Assembly: GCA_965195345.1 (NCBI GenBank)
Contig: OZ239628.1
Location: forward strand, 128,001-192,000
Source of the DNA: an uncultured Thiomicrospira sp.
GTDB lineage: Bacteria > Pseudomonadota > Gammaproteobacteria > CAKMZV01
Length of the DNA stretch: 64,000 nucleotides
Direction: 5' to 3'
The first letter of the stretch is position 1. Every line of letters starts with the position of its first letter. The notes beneath the pieces were generated by a model, which was not told where the DNA came from, did no database searches, and worked only from the letters and a program-made list of their open reading frames with translations. Positions 53,601 to 64,000 of the stretch are shown here, piece after piece. A program made the translations under genes and the position numbers.

Positions 53601-56600
53601 GTACTCTGCAGCCTTTCGTCCATCTGCGCGTTCACTCAGAATTTTCCATTGTTGACAGTACCATTCGCATAAAAGAACTTATTCAAACATGCGTAGATAA
53701 TGCTTTTCCCGCGGTCGCCCTGACCGATGAAATGAATTTATTTGCGATGGTTCGCTTCTACCGCGAAGCAATTAAAAAAGGCATAAAACCTATTATTGGA
53801 GCTGATATATGGATTAAAAAAGGCGATACCATACAAGGACGCATCACTTTGCTTGTTCAAAATATAGACGGCTTTGTCAATCTTTCCAAAATTCTCACAC
53901 AAGGGTTGTCAGAAAATCGTATAGATGGAAAGCCTTGTGTTTATGAAGAAACCGTTCTTTCGCATGCCGACTCGCTGATTGCATTAGTTGGTGGATATCA
54001 AAATCCATGGATGAAACTTTCCACAAGTTCTCTTGCAAAACAATTATTACCTTGGCAAGCCGTCTTCAAAGACAACCTTATTCTTGAAATTCAGCGCGTT
54101 GGGCGAGTGGATGAAAATAGCTGGATAAATAACGTTCTTGCTATTTCTCATGAATTAAAAATTGCAATTGTTGCCACTAACGACGTTCGATTTATGTTTG
54201 GTACGCCTTCCGACTTTGATGCGCATCAAGCCCGTGTAGCAATAAATATGGGCGAACGACTTGGTTCTGACACGCTGGAAGAGCTCTATACAAAAGAGCA
54301 ATATTTAAAATCTTCCAAACAAATGAATGCACTGTTTGCCAAAATGCCTCAAGTGTTGAGCAACACTTGGGAGCTTGCCAAACGGTGTAACCTAGTCCTT
54401 TCTCTTGATGAACCGAAGCTACCAATCTTTCCTACCGAGAATAATCAGTCTGAGTCGGATTTTTTGATCAGTGAAGCAAAAAAAGGGTTACAAAAGCGTT
54501 TTGTTGAACTCAATCTAAATGAAGATGCACAACAAACATATGAAGCGCGCCTTGAAACCGAATTAAATGTCATTATCGGCATGGATTTTCCTGGCTATTT
54601 TTTAATCGTCGCAGATTTCATTCGTTGGTCACGTGAGCAAAACATTCCCGTTGGCCCTGGCCGTGGCTCAGGAGCGGGTTCATTGGCTGCTTACGCTTTA
54701 GGCATAACTAACATCGATCCGATTCCATACAACTTGCTATTTGAACGCTTTTTGAACCCTGAACGAGTTTCTATGCCAGACTTTGATATTGACTTTTGCA
54801 TGGAACGGCGCGATGAAGTGATTGAATACGTGACGAATCGATATGGCAATAATCAAGTTGCCCAGATTATCACGTTTGGCACAATGGCAGCTAAAGCGGC
54901 TATTCGCGATACCGCTCGGATAATGTCTTTATCTCCTATGGCCGGAGATCGCATTGCTAAAATGATTCCTCCCACTCTTGGGATTACATTATCCGAAGCA
55001 ATGGCAAATTCAAATGAACTTAAGCGCTCCTATGCTGAAGACGATGAAACACGCAGTGTTTTTGATCTAGCAAGCTCACTTGAAGGACTTGTTCGAAATG
55101 CTGGAAAGCATGCTGGAGGCGTTGTTATTGCGCCCACAGAAATAACTTCATTCTCACCGCTATACATGGATGATTCAGAAGGCAGTGGCTTTGTTACCCA
55201 ATTTGATAAAAACGATGTCGAATCAATGGGTTTGGTCAAATTTGATTTCCTTGGTTTGCGAACACTAACAATCATTCAATGGACGCTGGACATAATACAC
55301 AAACAGCAATCCGCATCAGCGCCAAAAATTGTAATAGACCAGCTTCCTTTGAATGATAGTAAAACTTTCGACATCCTCAAAAAAGCGGATACCTTAGGCA
55401 TATTCCAATGTGAATCGCCTGGAATACGAATGTGGATGCGAAAGATGCAACCGTCAATTTTCGAGGATATTATTGCTTTGGTTGCCTTATATCGTCCAGG
55501 TCCTTTAGGCTCTGGAATGGTTGATGACTTTATTGCACGCAGGAAAGGTGAGCAAAATCTGAACTATTTACATCCTTCTCTTGAAGAGGTTTTGAAAGAA
55601 ACTTCTGGTGTTTTTTTATACCAAGAGCAGGTCATGCAATGCGCGCAAACTCTTGCTGATTACACGCTAGGCGAATCAGACTTATTACGCCGCGCAATGG
55701 GTAAGAAAAAGCCGGAAGAAATGCAGAAGCAAGAAGAACTTTTTGTTCAACGTGCTATTGACAAGGGAACAGATGCAGCCCTTGCCAGTCAAATTTTTAA
55801 TTTGATGTCAGAATTTGCTGAATACGGATTCAATAAATCGCATTCCGCAGCATACGCCATGATCACCTATCAAACGGCATGGCTAAAAGCGCACCACTAT
55901 GCTGCCTTTTACACTGCTGTGATGAACTCTGAAATAGACAACCCTGATCGAATTAGATTGTTTGCAATGGATGCAAAAAAACATGGTGTCAAAGTGATTG
56001 CTCCGGACATTAATACAAGCCAGCCCCGCTTCACTTTAACGGAAAGTGGCAATATTTTATGGGGATTAGCCGCAATTAAAGGCTTTGGATCCGCTGCTGC
56101 TGAAGCGGTTGCAATTGCTCAAAAAGATGGTGAACCATTTAAAGATCTCTTCAGCTTCTGCAATCGTATTAAAATCAATAAAATTGGCAAAAAAGGTCTT
56201 GAGATACTTGCTTATAGCGGAGCAATGGATTGTTTTGGTGTAGATCGGGCGCAATTGATAGCAACGATTCCCTTAGCGCACAAACAAGCTGAGCAAAACT
56301 TATACGACTTGGAAAATGGACAAAGCGCGTTATTCGGGAACACTGATTTGTGTCAGCAAACACATAAGTACGAACCCTCTCAACCAATAAACCCCATCGA
56401 GAAACTGCACCGAGAGAAAGCCTTAACTGGTAGCTATTTGGATAAACACCCTGTAGATTTCTTCGTCAAAGACCTTGAGAATTGCCGTATTAAGTCCATT
56501 GAACAAACGATTGGTGATTTGAAAAAAACCGAGTTTATTTGGATTGCTGGTGAAATCGAGAAAATGCAAACGCAACGAAGCAAATCTGGGGCAGACTTGA

Positions 56601-57025
56601 CCGATGTACGCATAGCCGATAGCAGTGGATATATTGAAATTTCTTTGTTCTCCGATGTCTATGAAAAAGCCCGTGAAGAGCTACTGTTACAACAAGGAAA
56701 AATTATCGTAGTACAAGGCACATCTAAATTTGATGCCCGACGAGAAGAATGGCGTATTAGAGCAAAAAATATTATTAGCTTAAAACAATTAAGACAAATG
56801 TTTTTTAAGCACATCAATTTACATTGGCAAGAAGGATTCGACGCCCATAGAGCATCTATACTAAGCCAACTGTTCAAAGACGAAGAGGGTATTAATTTGC
56901 ATGTGACCTATCAATCTAAATTCATCCAAGCCACCTTTGAAAGCCCTTATAAAATGAGTTACGATGACAGTCAATGGCTTAAACTGCGCCACATTCTTGG
57001 TGACGCTATTGAGGTGATAGTTTGA
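53597..57025 (+). CDS. dnaE: DNA polymerase III alpha subunit
   Basis: FVHLRVHSEFS PHP domain, GPGRGSGAGS, PDFDIDF, KFDFLGL, YGFNKSH. Confidence 0.98.
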   Translation: MSTLQPFVHLRVHSEFSIVDSTIRIKELIQTCVDNAFPAVALTDEMNLFAMVRFYREAIKKGIKPIIGADIWIKKGDTIQGRITLLVQNIDGFVNLSKILTQGLSENRIDGKPCVYEETVLSHADSLIALVGGYQNPWMKLSTSSLAKQLLPWQAVFKDNLILEIQRVGRVDENSWINNVLAISHELKIAIVATNDVRFMFGTPSDFDAHQARVAINMGERLGSDTLEELYTKEQYLKSSKQMNALFAKMPQVLSNTWELAKRCNLVLSLDEPKLPIFPTENNQSESDFLISEAKKGLQKRFVELNLNEDAQQTYEARLETELNVIIGMDFPGYFLIVADFIRWSREQNIPVGPGRGSGAGSLAAYALGITNIDPIPYNLLFERFLNPERVSMPDFDIDFCMERRDEVIEYVTNRYGNNQVAQIITFGTMAAKAAIRDTARIMSLSPMAGDRIAKMIPPTLGITLSEAMANSNELKRSYAEDDETRSVFDLASSLEGLVRNAGKHAGGVVIAPTEITSFSPLYMDDSEGSGFVTQFDKNDVESMGLVKFDFLGLRTLTIIQWTLDIIHKQQSASAPKIVIDQLPLNDSKTFDILKKADTLGIFQCESPGIRMWMRKMQPSIFEDIIALVALYRPGPLGSGMVDDFIARRKGEQNLNYLHPSLEEVLKETSGVFLYQEQVMQCAQTLADYTLGESDLLRRAMGKKKPEEMQKQEELFVQRAIDKGTDAALASQIFNLMSEFAEYGFNKSHSAAYAMITYQTAWLKAHHYAAFYTAVMNSEIDNPDRIRLFAMDAKKHGVKVIAPDINTSQPRFTLTESGNILWGLAAIKGFGSAAAEAVAIAQKDGEPFKDLFSFCNRIKINKIGKKGLEILAYSGAMDCFGVDRAQLIATIPLAHKQAEQNLYDLENGQSALFGNTDLCQQTHKYEPSQPINPIEKLHREKALTGSYLDKHPVDFFVKDLENCRIKSIEQTIGDLKKTEFIWIAGEIEKMQTQRSKSGADLTDVRIADSSGYIEISLFSDVYEKAREELLLQQGKIIVVQGTSKFDARREEWRIRAKNIISLKQLRQMFFKHINLHWQEGFDAHRASILSQLFKDEEGINLHVTYQSKFIQATFESPYKMSYDDSQWLKLRHILGDAIEVIV

Positions 57026-58080
57026 GTTTTCATCTTGAGCGCTACTTTATTAGTGCACTTGGGAAAAATTTCCTTTCATTATTGGTAATCCTTCTTGTTA
57101 TAAGCGTCGCTTCAAAAGCAAACGATATTTTAAGTAGCTTCATTAGTCGAGACCTACCCATTGACTTCCTATTTTCTGTTCTATGGAGTTTCATTCCAGA
57201 AACAATTTTAGTTGTGTTTGGTCTAAGTCTTTTTATAAGCGTTATCCTCACGCTGACCACGTTGAATTCTCATTCTGAAATGCCAATTTTGTACAGTTGT
57301 GGACTGTCGAAAGGATTTTTGCTTAAATGCGTTGCTTGGTTCTGTTTGCCCTTGGTTCCCTTAATGCTCTGGGTGTCACTCGTCTACTCTCCCACGATAA
57401 AAGTGGATGGAAAAAAGGCCTTTATTGCTTCGCAAACAAGCATTAATCTCATTCTTCAACCAAATGATCTCCAGAGCTTTGGGGCATCAATGATGTATGC
57501 CCAAAAACAATTAGATGAACATACTATGCAAGGCTTTTATGCACGCTATCTAAACGATAAAAAGCCGCTTTTTATAAGCGCACATAAAGCGACCTCTTTT
57601 ACCAAAGACGGGCTGCCTTGGTTGCGTTTAGAGAATGGGTTCCAATGGACAGATGATAACGATGAAACACTACAAGTGCTCCGCTTTGAACAATTTGAAA
57701 TAGCAGTTCCAAACTTAACACCTCAACCCGATCAGTTTGAGGTGCAAGGTGTAGCCTTTGAGCCAATCGAAGAATTGTTCATCGACAATCAAAATCCTCA
57801 AAAAAGGACTGAAATTCACTGGCGATTCTCATATGTTATCAGCGCTGTCCTTATGGCATTATTTGCTGTGTTTCTTGTCCCCTTTCAACCGAGATCATCG
57901 CGCTTTACTTATGTCGCATTAGGACTATTAATCTTTGTGATTTTTGCAACATCCCTAACAACTCTAAAGAATCTCTCATCCAAAGATATCATCCCATCAG
58001 ATGTTGCTTTTGGCGGTATCTATCTTGCACTTATTCTCTTAACTTCGTTTGCGTGGCTACGGCACGAAAAAATCATATAA
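57022..58080 (+). CDS. lptF: LPS export permease LptF
   Basis: 3+3 TM layout, SEM..L..CG motif, EIHWRFS. Confidence 0.85.
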   Translation: MSFHLERYFISALGKNFLSLLVILLVISVASKANDILSSFISRDLPIDFLFSVLWSFIPETILVVFGLSLFISVILTLTTLNSHSEMPILYSCGLSKGFLLKCVAWFCLPLVPLMLWVSLVYSPTIKVDGKKAFIASQTSINLILQPNDLQSFGASMMYAQKQLDEHTMQGFYARYLNDKKPLFISAHKATSFTKDGLPWLRLENGFQWTDDNDETLQVLRFEQFEIAVPNLTPQPDQFEVQGVAFEPIEELFIDNQNPQKRTEIHWRFSYVISAVLMALFAVFLVPFQPRSSRFTYVALGLLIFVIFATSLTTLKNLSSKDIIPSDVAFGGIYLALILLTSFAWLRHEKII

Positions 58081-58082
58081 GT

Positions 58083-59177
58083 ATGTTTTTTTCAATCGGC
58101 TTCAAATATATAAGCTCTATAAGCTTTAGGTTTTCTTTGCTTGTCTCTGCCGTTTTTTTTAGTCTACTGATAATCATTGGATTCGCTGCTGAAGTAAATT
58201 CTGCAACCAACTCTTATGGATATGGGAATATATTTTTCTATACCTTGTTAAAAAGCGGACATGCTTTTTCTTTAATCTTGCCAATTATAGGTTTATTTGC
58301 ATTTTTATTGACAGTCGGTCAGCTTTCTGCCAATAGTGAGTTAATTGCTTTACAGGCATGCGGACTAAGCCATACTCGGATGATGCTCTTGATCCTCATG
58401 TCAACATTGGCGACCTTTGGCACATTACTTCTTTTTACTGAATTAGCGACACCATGGGGACATAATAAAGCAGAAACTCTAAAAGCAAACGCTTTGAACC
58501 AATCCTTAATTGGTGGTAAAAAATTATGGCTAAAAAATAATCTCCATTTTTTATATATTGAACGCCTTCATTCTCCCGATTCGATGAGTGGTGTGCGTTA
58601 TTACGAAATCGATGCTCTCCAGAGACCCATAAAGGTAACAAGTGCAAAAACGGCTGTTCGACTTACCCAAAATACTTGGCGACTTAATGATGTAGATATT
58701 TTGAGTTTTTCCTTTGACCGTGAAGAAGACTTGACACTCAATAAAGTTTCTTCCAGCTCAGTTGATATTAAAAACTTATTGGAAGAGCAGCGTATTCGAT
58801 TCATTCATTTGCTTCCCGAACAGCTTTTTATTTGGGAGCTTTATGATCAAATAAATGCATTCACTAAAAATGGATTAAGCAATACGCATTATGAACTCAA
58901 TTTTTGGAGTCGAACGCTTTCTTTTCTTTCCATGGTTGGATTTGTGCTCATCTTACTTCCCTTATTTTTAGGCTCGCCACGACACAAAGGAACTGGAGAT
59001 CGTATATTGTTAGGGCTAATAATTGGTATCCCTTATTTTATTATTTTGCAACTCAGCCAATATTTTGGAATCGCTTTGCAGTGGTCTGGCTTCTGGACTG
59101 CAATAATTTTACCGACCATCCTGCTATCCGTAGGCTTTTTCAGAATACTTTCCTTAAAATATAATATTAGAATATGA
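58083..59177 (+). CDS. lptG: LPS export permease LptG
   Basis: LSANSELIALQACG, LWLK, FWSR; follows lptF. Confidence 0.87.
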   Translation: MFFSIGFKYISSISFRFSLLVSAVFFSLLIIIGFAAEVNSATNSYGYGNIFFYTLLKSGHAFSLILPIIGLFAFLLTVGQLSANSELIALQACGLSHTRMMLLILMSTLATFGTLLLFTELATPWGHNKAETLKANALNQSLIGGKKLWLKNNLHFLYIERLHSPDSMSGVRYYEIDALQRPIKVTSAKTAVRLTQNTWRLNDVDILSFSFDREEDLTLNKVSSSSVDIKNLLEEQRIRFIHLLPEQLFIWELYDQINAFTKNGLSNTHYELNFWSRTLSFLSMVGFVLILLPLFLGSPRHKGTGDRILLGLIIGIPYFIILQLSQYFGIALQWSGFWTAIILPTILLSVGFFRILSLKYNIRI

Positions 59178-59260
59178 ATCAGGTTACATTTAAGCTGAAC
59201 AGCGCCAATCAAAGTTTGCTACAATGTCTTGTTACTTAATATTTTCCTTGAGGTTTTGTC

Positions 59261-60010
59261 TTGCATGCCACTGTTTTAGTTAGAGAAATTTTTCGCTTTT
59301 CGGCGTTAGCAACAATGCTCCTCTGTCTTTCTGGTTGCATTTCAGCTATGTTGGCAGGTGAAAACACGCGTGTAATTGACACAATTCCAAGTGCGACTGC
59401 GCTCGATAAAACTGGAAAGTCTTCTGATGAAAGCGCAAGCTTATCCAGTAAGTCAGAATCTAAAGATCCGATAGTATCGCATGATATTTGTCGCGTTCTC
59501 CAAAAATACCCTAAATGGTACGCGGCGGCGGTGCTCACAGAAAAACGCTGGGGTTTGCCTGTTGACGTCCAACTGGCTATTATTCGACATGAATCAAGTT
59601 TTGATGGTAATGCCAGACCTCTTCGTAAAGTCAAAAAAGGTTTCTCATACGCTTACGAGCAAGCATCCAGTGCTTACGGTTATGCTCAAGCAAAAACACT
59701 CACATGGAAAGATTACAAAGATGCTACCAAGCGTAAATCTGCTCGTCGGGATCGGTTTGCTGATGCCGTTGATTTTATTGGCTGGTATAATCACCGCTCG
59801 CACCGCTCATTGGGGCTAAAAAAGCAAGATGCCTTCCGACTTTACTTGGCCTACCATGAAGGACATCGAGGCTTTGAAAAACGATCATATAGAAAAAAAC
59901 CTTGGCTAATTAAAGTCGCTAAAAGGGTTGCCGAGAGCAGCAAGCGCTACAAAAAACAATTACGTTCTTGTAAGAAAAAAGTATTGAAAAAATTAGCATC
60001 GTCCCAATAA
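59261..60010 (+). CDS. Transglycosylase SLT-like lipoprotein
   Basis: LSGC lipobox, IIRHESSF, SSAYGYAQA, DFIGWY, YLAYHEG; start uncertain. Confidence 0.85.
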   Translation: MHATVLVREIFRFSALATMLLCLSGCISAMLAGENTRVIDTIPSATALDKTGKSSDESASLSSKSESKDPIVSHDICRVLQKYPKWYAAAVLTEKRWGLPVDVQLAIIRHESSFDGNARPLRKVKKGFSYAYEQASSAYGYAQAKTLTWKDYKDATKRKSARRDRFADAVDFIGWYNHRSHRSLGLKKQDAFRLYLAYHEGHRGFEKRSYRKKPWLIKVAKRVAESSKRYKKQLRSCKKKVLKKLASSQ

Positions 60011-60103
60011 TGTTCTAATAAATACTTTTACTATTACGACTCTTACTTGGTTTTCAGATTTTTGATCGTATATACTTACTCAACGCTAATTACTTAATGA
60101 TCC

Positions 60104-61084
60104 ATGACAAAAAATATTGAGGAACGCTTTCACCAGCTTCACGCGCAAATTGGAACTGAAATAGTTGGACAGGAAGCACTCATAGAGCGGCTGTTTATCG
60201 CTCTTCTTTGTGGAGGACATCTGCTAGTTGAAGGTGTTCCCGGCTTAGCAAAAACAAAAGCAATTCAAAGCCTTGAGCACGGAGTTTGCGCTTCTTTTCA
60301 GCGAATACAGTTCACTCCAGACTTGCTTCCAGGGGACATTACCGGCACTGAAATATACCGCCAACAAACCAGCGAGTTTGTCTTTCAACCAGGCCCCGTG
60401 TTTAACAATCTTATCCTTGCGGATGAAATAAACCGCGCTCCAGCTAAGGTGCAATCTGCTATGCTTGAGGCAATGGCAGAAGGCCAAGTCAGTGTTGGGA
60501 AGACCACTTATAAAATGCCTTCGCTTTTTTTAGTTATGGCAACCCAAAATCCGATAGAACAGGAAGGAACATACCCTTTACCCGAAGCACAACTTGATCG
60601 ATTTATGCTCCATGTTCGAGTCAATTATCCATCAGTAGCCGAAGAAAGATATATTCTTGACTTAGTCGAAAATGAACATCTCTTAAAAGCGCAACACAAA
60701 GAAAAAGAAAAAATGGAACATCCTCTAACCAATGAGGAGATTTTTGAAGCGCGGAGAAAAGTCTTTTCAATGTTTGTGCCAGATCCAGTTAAAAACTATA
60801 TTGTTCAACTTATTGACGCAACCCGTAACGCTGGTAATTACAGCAATGACTTAGGAAAGTGGATCGAACATGGCGCAAGCCCTCGAGCAACGATAGCTAT
60901 CGCCCAAGCCGCTCGAGCACGTGCTTGGTTAAAGGGAAAAGAAGTGGTTGATCCTCAAGACGTACAAGACGTTGCTCCAGATGCCCTGCGACATAGACTG
61001 CTATTGACTATTGAAGCTGAAGCAAATGGCGTAACCCCTGATAAAGTCATTGATATGCTTCTTGACAGTGTTCCTGCGATATAG
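60104..61084 (+). CDS. MoxR-family AAA+ ATPase
   Basis: EGVPGLAKT, RIQFTPDLLP, DEINRAPAKVQSA, PEAQLDRF. Confidence 0.96.
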   Translation: MTKNIEERFHQLHAQIGTEIVGQEALIERLFIALLCGGHLLVEGVPGLAKTKAIQSLEHGVCASFQRIQFTPDLLPGDITGTEIYRQQTSEFVFQPGPVFNNLILADEINRAPAKVQSAMLEAMAEGQVSVGKTTYKMPSLFLVMATQNPIEQEGTYPLPEAQLDRFMLHVRVNYPSVAEERYILDLVENEHLLKAQHKEKEKMEHPLTNEEIFEARRKVFSMFVPDPVKNYIVQLIDATRNAGNYSNDLGKWIEHGASPRATIAIAQAARARAWLKGKEVVDPQDVQDVAPDALRHRLLLTIEAEANGVTPDKVIDMLLDSVPAI

Positions 61085-61233
61085 TTTTTCAAAATCATCC
61101 TCAAGTTTGTTAACCAATTACCACATATATTACTTCAACCGACTGATCAAAAAAACACTCTCAGTTCACATCAAACACCAGTGCAACAGATACTTAGACC
61201 GAATATGTTACCTCCCAACCTTATCTGTAAAAA

Positions 61234-62127
61234 ATGATTTTTGCTGAAACCGCCCATCTCACCACCTTTCAATATGGCGCCAAAATGTGGCAACTGCAAA
61301 AGCCGCTCACCCATTCAAAACGCATTGGTCAGTCTCGTTCTCAACAAAAAGGCAGAGGAATAGAGTTTCATAACGCCCGTATATACCAACCAGGCGATGA
61401 TGTTAGATCGATCGATTGGAGGATTACTGCGCGTAAGTCAAAAACACATGCTCGTGAATTTCAGGAGGATAGAGAACATCAAATCATGTTGGTTGCTGAT
61501 ATGAGTCAGTCCATGAAATTTGGCTCAAAAAATAAACTGAAAAGCGTGACTGCTGCTGAAATTGCAGCGCTTCTCGGTTGGATAACTTTAGCCCAACAAG
61601 ATCGTGTAGGAGGTTGGATTCATGCTGATAAAAAAAACATTCATAAACCTGCAAGAAGACGTGCTAATTTTAGTGCATGGTTGGGTCAACTCAGCAATGC
61701 CAGCAAAGCATTAATTGCGCAAAAAAAAACACAACCATACACATGGGAAAATACTTTAGAAAATCTTTTCCGTTTTCTAAAAGAATCCAGCATGGTGATA
61801 TTTATTGGAGATATGCTAAGTTTAAATGAGTTCAATCGCAAAACAATCATTAGCCAAAGCAAACAGCATGATATTACGTTGATACATGTTTACGACGAGC
61901 TAGAGATTAACCTTCCAAAATCAGGGTACGCTAATTTTAGCAATGGCGATATTACTCTACGCACAAGCCTCAATAAAATTCATAGCAAGGTGCAGTCTGC
62001 TTACGAGAGGGAGTTCCATCAATTAAGAGACCAATGCCTTGCAAGTAATGTCAGTTTTTTGAGTGTCTCCAATGAAGACAGCCTCGTACCATCAATGCAG
62101 CAACAAGGCTTAATTCGAAAGATCTGA
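61234..62127 (+). CDS. DUF58 protein
   Basis: GRGIEF...YQPGDDVRSIDWRITAR, DMSQSM. Confidence 0.92.
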   Translation: MIFAETAHLTTFQYGAKMWQLQKPLTHSKRIGQSRSQQKGRGIEFHNARIYQPGDDVRSIDWRITARKSKTHAREFQEDREHQIMLVADMSQSMKFGSKNKLKSVTAAEIAALLGWITLAQQDRVGGWIHADKKNIHKPARRRANFSAWLGQLSNASKALIAQKKTQPYTWENTLENLFRFLKESSMVIFIGDMLSLNEFNRKTIISQSKQHDITLIHVYDELEINLPKSGYANFSNGDITLRTSLNKIHSKVQSAYEREFHQLRDQCLASNVSFLSVSNEDSLVPSMQQQGLIRKI

Positions 62128-62574
62128 ATGGAACAGCTTCTACAACAACTCAAAGACATACACCTCCCAAATGAACCTACTTTATGGCCTCTTGCTTGGG
62201 GTTGGTGGCTTATTCTTTCAATTGTAATATGCCTTATCCTTGCATTAACTGCGTACACTATCTATAAACGTCTTAAAGTCATTCAATGGGATTGGCAGCG
62301 CTGGGAGAACGAACCCGATGAGCACAAAGGTGTACTCGCTATCGCATGGTTAAAACAAGCGGCCTTACTCCGTTTTAATCGTGAAGAGATCGCTCGACTA
62401 AGCGGCACAGATTGGATTGATTTTTTACAAGAAAACGGCATTGAATGCAACGCCTCAATAGCCCATTGGATTAGCATCGGATATCTTGTAAACCACCCGC
62501 CCCCCGAAGAAGCAACCCTTTGGTTAAAAAGGGCTTTATTGAAAATTTCTGGTCGAGAGATTGTTTTAAGTTAG
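62128..62574 (+). CDS. DUF4381 membrane protein
   Basis: LKDIHLP...WPLAWGWW, LSGTDWIDFL; MoxR-Bat operon position. Confidence 0.88.
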   Translation: MEQLLQQLKDIHLPNEPTLWPLAWGWWLILSIVICLILALTAYTIYKRLKVIQWDWQRWENEPDEHKGVLAIAWLKQAALLRFNREEIARLSGTDWIDFLQENGIECNASIAHWISIGYLVNHPPPEEATLWLKRALLKISGREIVLS

Positions 62575-62575
62575 T

Positions 62576-63562
62576 ATGCAAGACCTCATCCTTGAAATCA
62601 TGCAATGGGAGTGGACTTGGCCACAAGTACTGTGGCTTATACCCCTTCCTGCGCTCATTTTACTACTGCCCAAGTCACAGAATAATAGTGGCGCATTAAT
62701 TACACCGTTTTGGCATCGTTTATTAGCAGCTCAAAGCTCCTCAGTCATCCGTTCAAATATCAATTGGTTACGACTGATCTGGCTTTGGATTCTTTGGATT
62801 ATCATTCTGATGGCTCTAGCAAGACCTGTACTAATTGGTAAGCCAATTGCCTTGCCTCGAGAAGGGCGTAACCTATTGATTGCAGTGGACATCTCTGCTT
62901 CAATGCGTCAACAGGACATGCTTATTAATAATAGGCGCGTTGACAGACTAAGCGCTGTGAAGGAAGTTCTCAAGACATTTCTTGAGCGGCGTCAAGGCGA
63001 TAAAATAGGCTTAATTCTGTTTGGCACTCAAGCCTTTGTTCAAGCACCCTTAACATTTGACATTAAAACTTTGCAGCAATTCCTTGACGAAACCATTATC
63101 GGGCTTGCGGGGGATAAAACCGCTATTGGTGACGCTATAGGACTCGCGATTAAGCAATCCGAGAACGACACCGAAGATAGGGTACTTATTCTTTTAACCG
63201 ACGGGGAAAACTCCGCTGGTAACGTAAGCCCTGAGGAAGCGGCAAAGTATGCTGGTGAAAAGAAGCTAAAAATACATACCGTTGCCTTTGGAAAGGATCG
63301 CTTTGGTCGCAACTTCAAACCACAATCACTTATTAATATTGCTAATGTCACAGGAGGAAAGTCTTTCCAAGCAAGCAGAACCAAAGATTTGAAAAAAATC
63401 TATGATACTATTGATGAACTTGAACCTATAGAGGGTGAGCAAGCGTTCTTTCGCCTTCGTAGCGAACAATATTTTAAAGTCCTAATGCTTGCGCTTTTTT
63501 GGGTTGCTGTTACGCTAACAGCTCTTGGAATCCGCAAAATTTGGAGCAAAAAAGATGCCTGA
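62576..63562 (+). CDS. BatA-like vWA-domain membrane protein
   Basis: ALARP, DISASM MIDAS, TAIGDAI, LLTDG. Confidence 0.92.
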   Translation: MQDLILEIMQWEWTWPQVLWLIPLPALILLLPKSQNNSGALITPFWHRLLAAQSSSVIRSNINWLRLIWLWILWIIILMALARPVLIGKPIALPREGRNLLIAVDISASMRQQDMLINNRRVDRLSAVKEVLKTFLERRQGDKIGLILFGTQAFVQAPLTFDIKTLQQFLDETIIGLAGDKTAIGDAIGLAIKQSENDTEDRVLILLTDGENSAGNVSPEEAAKYAGEKKLKIHTVAFGKDRFGRNFKPQSLINIANVTGGKSFQASRTKDLKKIYDTIDELEPIEGEQAFFRLRSEQYFKVLMLALFWVAVTLTALGIRKIWSKKDA

Positions 63563-64000
63563 ATTAGAAGCTCTAAGCGCCTTTTCGCTATCAAATTTTG
63601 AATGGTTGCGCTCCTATTTCCTATGGGCGATTCCTGTTGCTTTTTTAGTGTTTTACTTAGGTAAGTCTGTATTAGAACAAGACCGTTTTTGGGAGTCACG
63701 CCTGTCGACTGAAATGGCTACACTTCTTTTGACTTCAAATAAAAAAAAGAGTATAGGACTTCTTTGGCTATTTCTTGTTTTTTGGATAACGCTTGTTATT
63801 TCTCTTGCTGGTCCAAGTTGGAAAAAAATTAACCTGCCAACTGTTCAAAGTAAAGATGCCTTATTTATAGTTTTGGATGCATCGTTGTCTATGTTAGCAA
63901 CGGACGCCTCACCCTCACGATTTGATCTGGCAAAATTTCGCATCATTGATCTACTCAGACTACGCAACGATGGATCTTCTTCTCTAATCGTATATGCAGG
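63555..64000 (+). CDS. BatB-like vWA-domain protein, 5' part (runs off window)
   Basis: Manual translation from ATG 63555 is open to the window end: MPELEAL...LAGPSW...VLDASLSMLATDASPSRF. Confidence 0.85.
   Translation, partial: MPELEALSAFSLSNFEWLRSYFLWAIPVAFLVFYLGKSVLEQDRFWESRLSTEMATLLLTSNKKKSIGLLWLFLVFWITLVISLAGPSWKKINLPTVQSKDALFIVLDASLSMLATDASPSRFDLAKFRIIDLLRLRNDGSSSLIVYA

Noticed and set aside
60104-64000. MoxR-DUF58-DUF4381-vWA-vWA cluster as a new system
   Set aside because: This is the well-known, widespread MoxR/Bat operon in its usual order.

Overview
AT-rich, gene-dense window from a Gammaproteobacterium-like chromosome, probably a sulfur oxidiser (soxCD; taxonomy inferred from gene families). 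Most of it is housekeeping: proB-obgE-rpmA-rplU, uvrA, hslU, ubiE, metK, hisBHAF, bioA, topA, alaS, clpB, SRP RNA, gshAB, recA-recX-dnaE-lptFG and a MoxR-Bat operon. Canonical operons are strikingly fragmented. The stand-out accessory locus (21382-31969) encodes a MotA/ExbB/ZorA-like ion-channel subunit with a long tail and two paralogous MotB-like subunits, each with a WPxxVD Asp motif and a degenerate OmpA-like domain. These are followed by a TolC-family channel and a 2026-aa RTX protein with an N-terminal retention-like module, with no ABC transporter or membrane-fusion protein in the locus. This is a candidate ion-driven 5:2 motor with a heterodimeric B subunit, coupled to a giant surface adhesin: SiiAB-like but architecturally distinct. 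Other observations are near-total lysine avoidance in three unrelated surface proteins, a multiply frameshifted dtd pseudogene, a Bacteroidota-like topA, hslU without hslV, and a kexin-like lipoprotease lacking a propeptide. All family calls come from motif recognition by eye; no searches were run.
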